Shown here: one piece after another, positions 57,223 to 64,000 of the stretch
Position numbering within the stretch: position 1 is the stretch's first letter
How the letters are laid out: each line of letters begins with the position of its first letter
Assembly (NCBI GenBank): GCA_964016885.1
Contig: OZ024741.1
Span: forward strand, 305,784,001 to 305,848,000
Direction of reading: 5' to 3'
DNA: 64,000 bases
Source: Eledone cirrhosa
Taxonomy: Eukaryota
Notes under the pieces: model-generated
Told to the model about the DNA's origin: nothing
Database searches by the model: none
Seen by the model: only the letters and a program-made list of their open reading frames with translations
Translations under genes and position numbers: made by a program

Positions 57223-57904
57223 CAAAATGTGTGAGATCCTTGGTACAGTTAGATATATTTAAAAAAAAAAGGAAAAGAATGACTTCACTTGTAATTCTAA
57301 ACAATTTCATTTAATTTTATATTATAATATTATGAGTTCGTAGATATAGTAAGTTCTTTGTTAACATTGATGGGAAGATTTTTAAAAATTCCTAGTTAAC
57401 TTTCCTGGAGAACTTTCTCGCATTGCCAAATAAAATAACTATGGAGATATAAAAGATACAGACGCGAAAACCAACCAAACAGTGAGTGTAATCTGTTATT
57501 ATTTCTGGCAATATTTCAACAATATGACCCTCCCCAAGTATAACAATATTTGTTTCGATACACGATTTCATATAAAAAACCTTGCAAAACAAATTCATCG
57601 CCGTATATATATATATAATACAACAGGAGGAACATAATAGTACCACTGATGATGTTGCAGATGTGCAACGAAAGAATTTTGTTAGACTATATATATGTGT
57701 TTATATCTATATTATATCTATATTTTTGACCGTTTGTCAGTCAATGGTAAACATTGAGGACCGAATGAATTAACTGTGGAGATATAAAAGATACAGAAGC
57801 GAAAACCAACCAAACAGTGAGTGTGTTCTGTTATTATTGCAATATTATTACAACAATATGACGCTCCCCAAGTATAACAATATTTGTTTCGACACACGAT
57901 TTCA

Positions 57905-59170
57905 TATCTAAAACGGAGGAGGATGTGGTATACGCCATAGATGAAATTAGAACAGACTCAACTGCTGGACCTGATGGATTCCCAGCAGTCCTCTTAAAAA
58001 CATGCAAGCGGGCCTTGGACACGCCACTAAAGATGCTCTTCAGAAGCTCCTTGGCTAGCGGTATACTACCCAGCCAGCTGAAATAAGGCACAATATGCCC
58101 TATCCATAAAAGAGGTAGCAGAGCGGAGGTCAAAAACTCTATGCCAGTCTCCCTGACGTCACATATCAGTAAGGTCATGGAGTGAATCATCAGAAAGAAG
58201 CTGATCACTTTCCTCGAGGAAAATGACCGCCTGACTAGCACACAGCATGGCTTTCGCCCAGGAAGAAGCTGCCTTACACAGCTGCTACATCACTACGACT
58301 GAGTACTGAAACAACTGCTAGACAGCTCACATGTGGACGTGATATATCTTGACTTTGCGAAGGCCTTTGACAAGGTCGACCACGGAATGATATGTCACAA
58401 ACTACACGGACTCGGCATAACTGGAAAAGTAGGTGAGTGGCTGCAATACTTCTTAAAGGACAGAAGCCAGACAGTCGCAGCAAACGGGGCCCTATCAAAG
58501 GAAACATCAATAACAAGTGGGGTGCCCTAATGCACAGTCCTGGGACCACTACTGTTTTTGGTGGCTCTCTCAGACATGCCCTCTGTAGTACATATAACAA
58601 CATTCCTCACCAGCTATGCTGATGACACTAAGGTAGCACAGGCAATCAAAAACCCGGCTGACGCTGCCTCTTTAAAACTAGATCTGGATGCCATATAGAA
58701 ATGGGCGGAAGACAACAACATGCAGTTTAATGCTGGCAAATTCCAAGCCCTACAATACAAACCTGCAAACACAAATACAGTGCAACACAGTTACGTTGGA
58801 CCAGGAGGGACCGATACCCTCGTGTCGAAATCGATACGAGACCTGGGTATAGACATGAGCGATGATGCATCTTTTTCTTCACACATCATGAAAGTGGCGA
58901 CAATGTGCAGACGACTCGCTGGCTGGATCTTGAGGACTTTCCGGACAAGAGACCGAGACACCATGTTGACACTATGGAGGACATTTGTCCTAAGCTGCCT
59001 GGACTATTGCTCCCAGTTGTGGTCACTCCATAGTGTCAAACTAACCACGGAGCTTGAGGCAATCCAGCGAAGCTACACCAAGAGGATTGCGACGATCAAG
59101 GAGATAAGCTACTGGGAGAGGCTAAAAGAACTGAACCTCTACTCCTTGGAACGAAGATGGGAGAGATTTA
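57905..59170 (+). mobile_element. CR1-clade LINE RT fragment, decayed
   Basis: AGPDGFP, QHGFRPGRSC, DVIYLDFAKAFDKVDH, SGVP, YADD, LDYCSQLW, YWERLKELNLYSLERR. Confidence 0.9.
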
Positions 59171-60027
59171 AGAAAACATAGACATGATAACTTGTATGAT
59201 AAACTATATAACTTCGCTAAATTAACAATATTCTGAAAACATTTTCAATCTTGGAACAAAATATTTGAATCTACAAATTGTTCTCCTCTTACAACTTGAA
59301 CTACGTCTTTTTCTTAAATCTTTTTATGTAAAATATAAAATCAAAATCCTTCGTAATTCATATGAGAAATATAAACAATTAATACTTGTGGTTTATTTCT
59401 ATAAAATCACCAATATTACTTATACTTGCACAATTATTAATCTATATAGATATTATATACCTGTTGTAATGTAATAAGATAAAATGTACTTACAACCATA
59501 ATTCTTCATATATAGCTAAATCATTTTTTTTAAATTCTGGAATCATATTCCACCATTCCTACAAACTGTTAATTCTTTTTAAATTAACGTAAATACAAGC
59601 TCTTCTTTCTTTCTCTTTCTTCTTCCTACACATACATACATATATCCTAATAATTATTTAAATCTACCTAGCGTCTAAAAATAACGTTTATTTCAGCCCT
59701 ACACCTCAACCTCATTTGCATACTCATCTTAATAATTTGAAATATTTGACTTTTCTTCTCTTTCCCTTCTTTCCTTTATTATCCAGGAAAAACTTGAACC
59801 ATTAAGATCTTCTTCCTGGATATGTCAATATTTATAAAACAAACTTTGTATTTTATCTGATGAGAGCGTACCAAAGTTTTGGTATCCTTGAAATATATAT
59901 AATAGGATAAATATGGTTTTATAAATATAGTTTCCATTTACTTAATATCAGAAAACTGTCGAGTGCTTCGAATCAGTTATAAACATTTATATTTGTTGAA
60001 TTACCAACAAATTAAATATCCCCTTTG

Positions 60028-60030
<3 letters not shown>
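59170..60030 (+). mobile_element. PLE 3'UTR/pLTR with hammerhead at 59849-59909
   Basis: TATTTTAT-CTGATGA-...TACCAAA/TTTGGTA...-GAAA-TATATA-TA-ATAGGATA. Related to 25509-26110 and 55740-55925. Confidence 0.72.
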
Positions 60031-60061
<31 letters not shown>

Positions 60062-60138
60062 AATATATATATATGAAAGCGGACGTAAAGTGATGATGAT
60101 GATGATGATATATATATAAATATATATATATATAAATA

Positions 60139-60272
60139 TAAAAATGCAAGTTTGAAGAACTATTAGATAAAATATATAGTCTTTCCACTCCCTAGTCCGT
60201 AGATTTCTACGGACAAGGGAGAGGAAAACTGTATATATTTTATCTAATAGTTCTTCAAACATGCATTTTTAT
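60139..60272. repeat. ~135-bp imperfect palindrome (hairpin)
   Basis: AAAAATGCAAGTTTGAAGAACTATTAGATAAAAT...GTCCGTAG-ATTT-CTACGGAC...TTCTTCAAACATGCATTTTT. Confidence 0.85.
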
Positions 60273-60464
60273 ATATAGCTCTGCTAAATGATTATTTGAT
60301 TAATTAATTCCTCATTGAGCCACACCGTGAACGGTAGCCACACTCATATATGTATCTGCGACTATGTCTAAATGTATACATATATCCCTATGAATTTATA
60401 TATATAAATATATATATATATGCCCCAGCATGGCCTCAGCCGGATGGCTGAAACAGGTAAAAGA

Positions 60465-62066
<1,602 letters not shown>

Positions 62067-62110
62067 TATATATGTATATATATATAAATATATATATATA
62101 CAAATATATA

Positions 62111-62785
62111 TCTGTATATATATATAAAGACGAAGTTTTCTGTATGTGTGTGTGTGGACAATTTTTAATGAGGGCTCATATATTCTAAACCATTCATACG
62201 ATTTCTTTGAAATTTTTTACAGAGCTTCTCCTTGCACAAAACCTGTACAAAAGCTTTCAAAAATCCATATTGGGGCCTTTGGTGACATTAAAAAAGTTTC
62301 GGTTATTTGTGTGAATTTTCGTGATTAAGTAAGACAAGAGTTATCTTTCGTAATTCGGCTCATTTAGATTTTAATTTACTCTTTGTACTTGAAATAAAAG
62401 GTACGCTTCCTTGAGACTAACAATATCATTTTGTATATTTCACAACCAGCAATTTTTACCAGATTACTAAGTTAAGTTATAGATTTGACATTGTATAATT
62501 TATCGTTTCAAGCTTGTTCATACATTAAGTGATGTCATAACTTTTACAATATTATGCTTTGTACATAATAGTGTCTATTATTCACTTCACATCTCTATTC
62601 CATGATGCGCTTTTATTGTTGTCAAAAAAGACACCGAGCTCACATATTAATTATTTCGCTGGAATAGTGCCTAAGGTTTTACATAAAGAACGTTTTTCCT
62701 ATATGTATTTAAATTTACTTTGTTTAGTTTAATGAGCTACATCGAAAGCTACTTGAACCGTCCAAAGGACGGGTAGTTTAGCTAG
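62111..62785 (+). mobile_element. Non-autonomous Helitron
   Basis: 5' TC start followed by a TGTG tract; 3' hairpin CCGTCC-AAA-GGACGG then CTAG^T. Confidence 0.7.
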
Positions 62786-62890
<105 letters not shown>

Positions 62891-63005
62891 CCACAGACCC
62901 TCCATCTCAACTCTACTTTTGAATAGCAGAACTGCGAAACAGGTAAAGGAACCAAATAAATATATATATTTTTTAAAAATAACACTCCAGTTGCATTTTC
63001 GATTT

Positions 63006-63144
<139 letters not shown>

Positions 63145-63189
63145 TATATATATATAAAAATATATATAAATATATATATATATAAATAT

Positions 63190-63540
63190 ATATTATTCAA
63201 AATATTAACAAATGAAAAATATTCTCATAATCAAAATATATACTTTATTATATATATTTCAGAGGTACTGTGTTGTTTTTTTCAGTACGTCCTCATCAGA
63301 CAAAATATATGATTTGATATATGACCTAACGCTACGGTCTTGATTGTTCAATTCCAGTATTGGCAGTCAATTGGAATTGAACAATCAAGACCGTAGCGGT
63401 ATGTCATATCTCAAATCATATATTTTATCTGACGAGGACGTACTGAAAAAACAACACAGTACCTCTAAAATATATAATAAAGAAGTAAATTTTGATTATG
63501 AGAATATTTTTCATTTGTTAAAATTTTGAATAATATTAAA
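63190..63540. mobile_element. Short inverted pLTR pair with two hammerheads
   Basis: Arms centred at ~63362. HHR at 63241-63307 (-, intact core) and 63421-63485 (+, GAAA mutated to AAAA). Confidence 0.75.
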
Positions 63541-63633
63541 AAATTCTAGGAAAGCTTTTTTTCCCGTTGACTGCTTCTAATCTATTGTAAAATTGTATTC
63601 ATTGAGTATTCAACGAACCATACTAATCTTTGG

Positions 63634-63672
<39 letters not shown>

Positions 63673-64000
63673 TATATATATAAATATATATAAATATACA
63701 TATAAATTATTCCTGCTCTGTAAAACACCTGATGTTCTTACATTGAGCTATTTCTCTTACTGGTAATAAGGTTGTAAGAAATTACTGACCTTTCCTGTTT
63801 ATAGTTGTTGATAGTATATACATAACTATAAATTGTATCATTATTATTATTATAAATATACACATATATATAAATATATATATATATAGATATATATATA
63901 TAAATATATATATATGCATATATATATAAGTATGTATACGTACATACATATATGTATACAGACGTACAGTAGTATGTATATATATATACATACATGCACA

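Noticed and set aside
62908-62950. Functional hammerhead (TTGAATA-GCAG/CTGC-GAAA-CAGGTA)
   Set aside because: Positions 3 and 8 are U-U (not compensatory) and stem I is weak; counted only as a degenerate relic.

Overview
AT-rich, microsatellite-dense eukaryotic DNA made almost entirely of transposable elements. The SINE/RTE/Penelope repertoire suggests a cephalopod (octopus-like) genome; this is an inference. No host protein-coding gene can be supported. The window holds several decayed RTE-clade LINEs (with a PHD-like finger), an L1/Tx1 LINE, a CR1-like fragment, tRNA-derived SINEs, small DNA-transposon and Helitron relics, one complete but frameshifted Ty3/Gypsy LTR element (21375-25508), and many Penelope-like element (PLE) pieces. 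The main signal is non-coding: more than 20 type I hammerhead ribozyme (HHR) motifs from about ten unrelated sequence families. They include a 466-bp HHR-bearing tandem array (43426-46040) that looks like a non-LTR retrozyme (a candidate circular-RNA producer), U3-A8 compensatory-core variants and HHRs with very long stem II. Many HHR elements sit in (TA)n as tail-out inverted duplications of 0.4 to 11 kb. The Tyr/Ile/Cys/Val/His-rich ORFs in the track are microsatellite artefacts.
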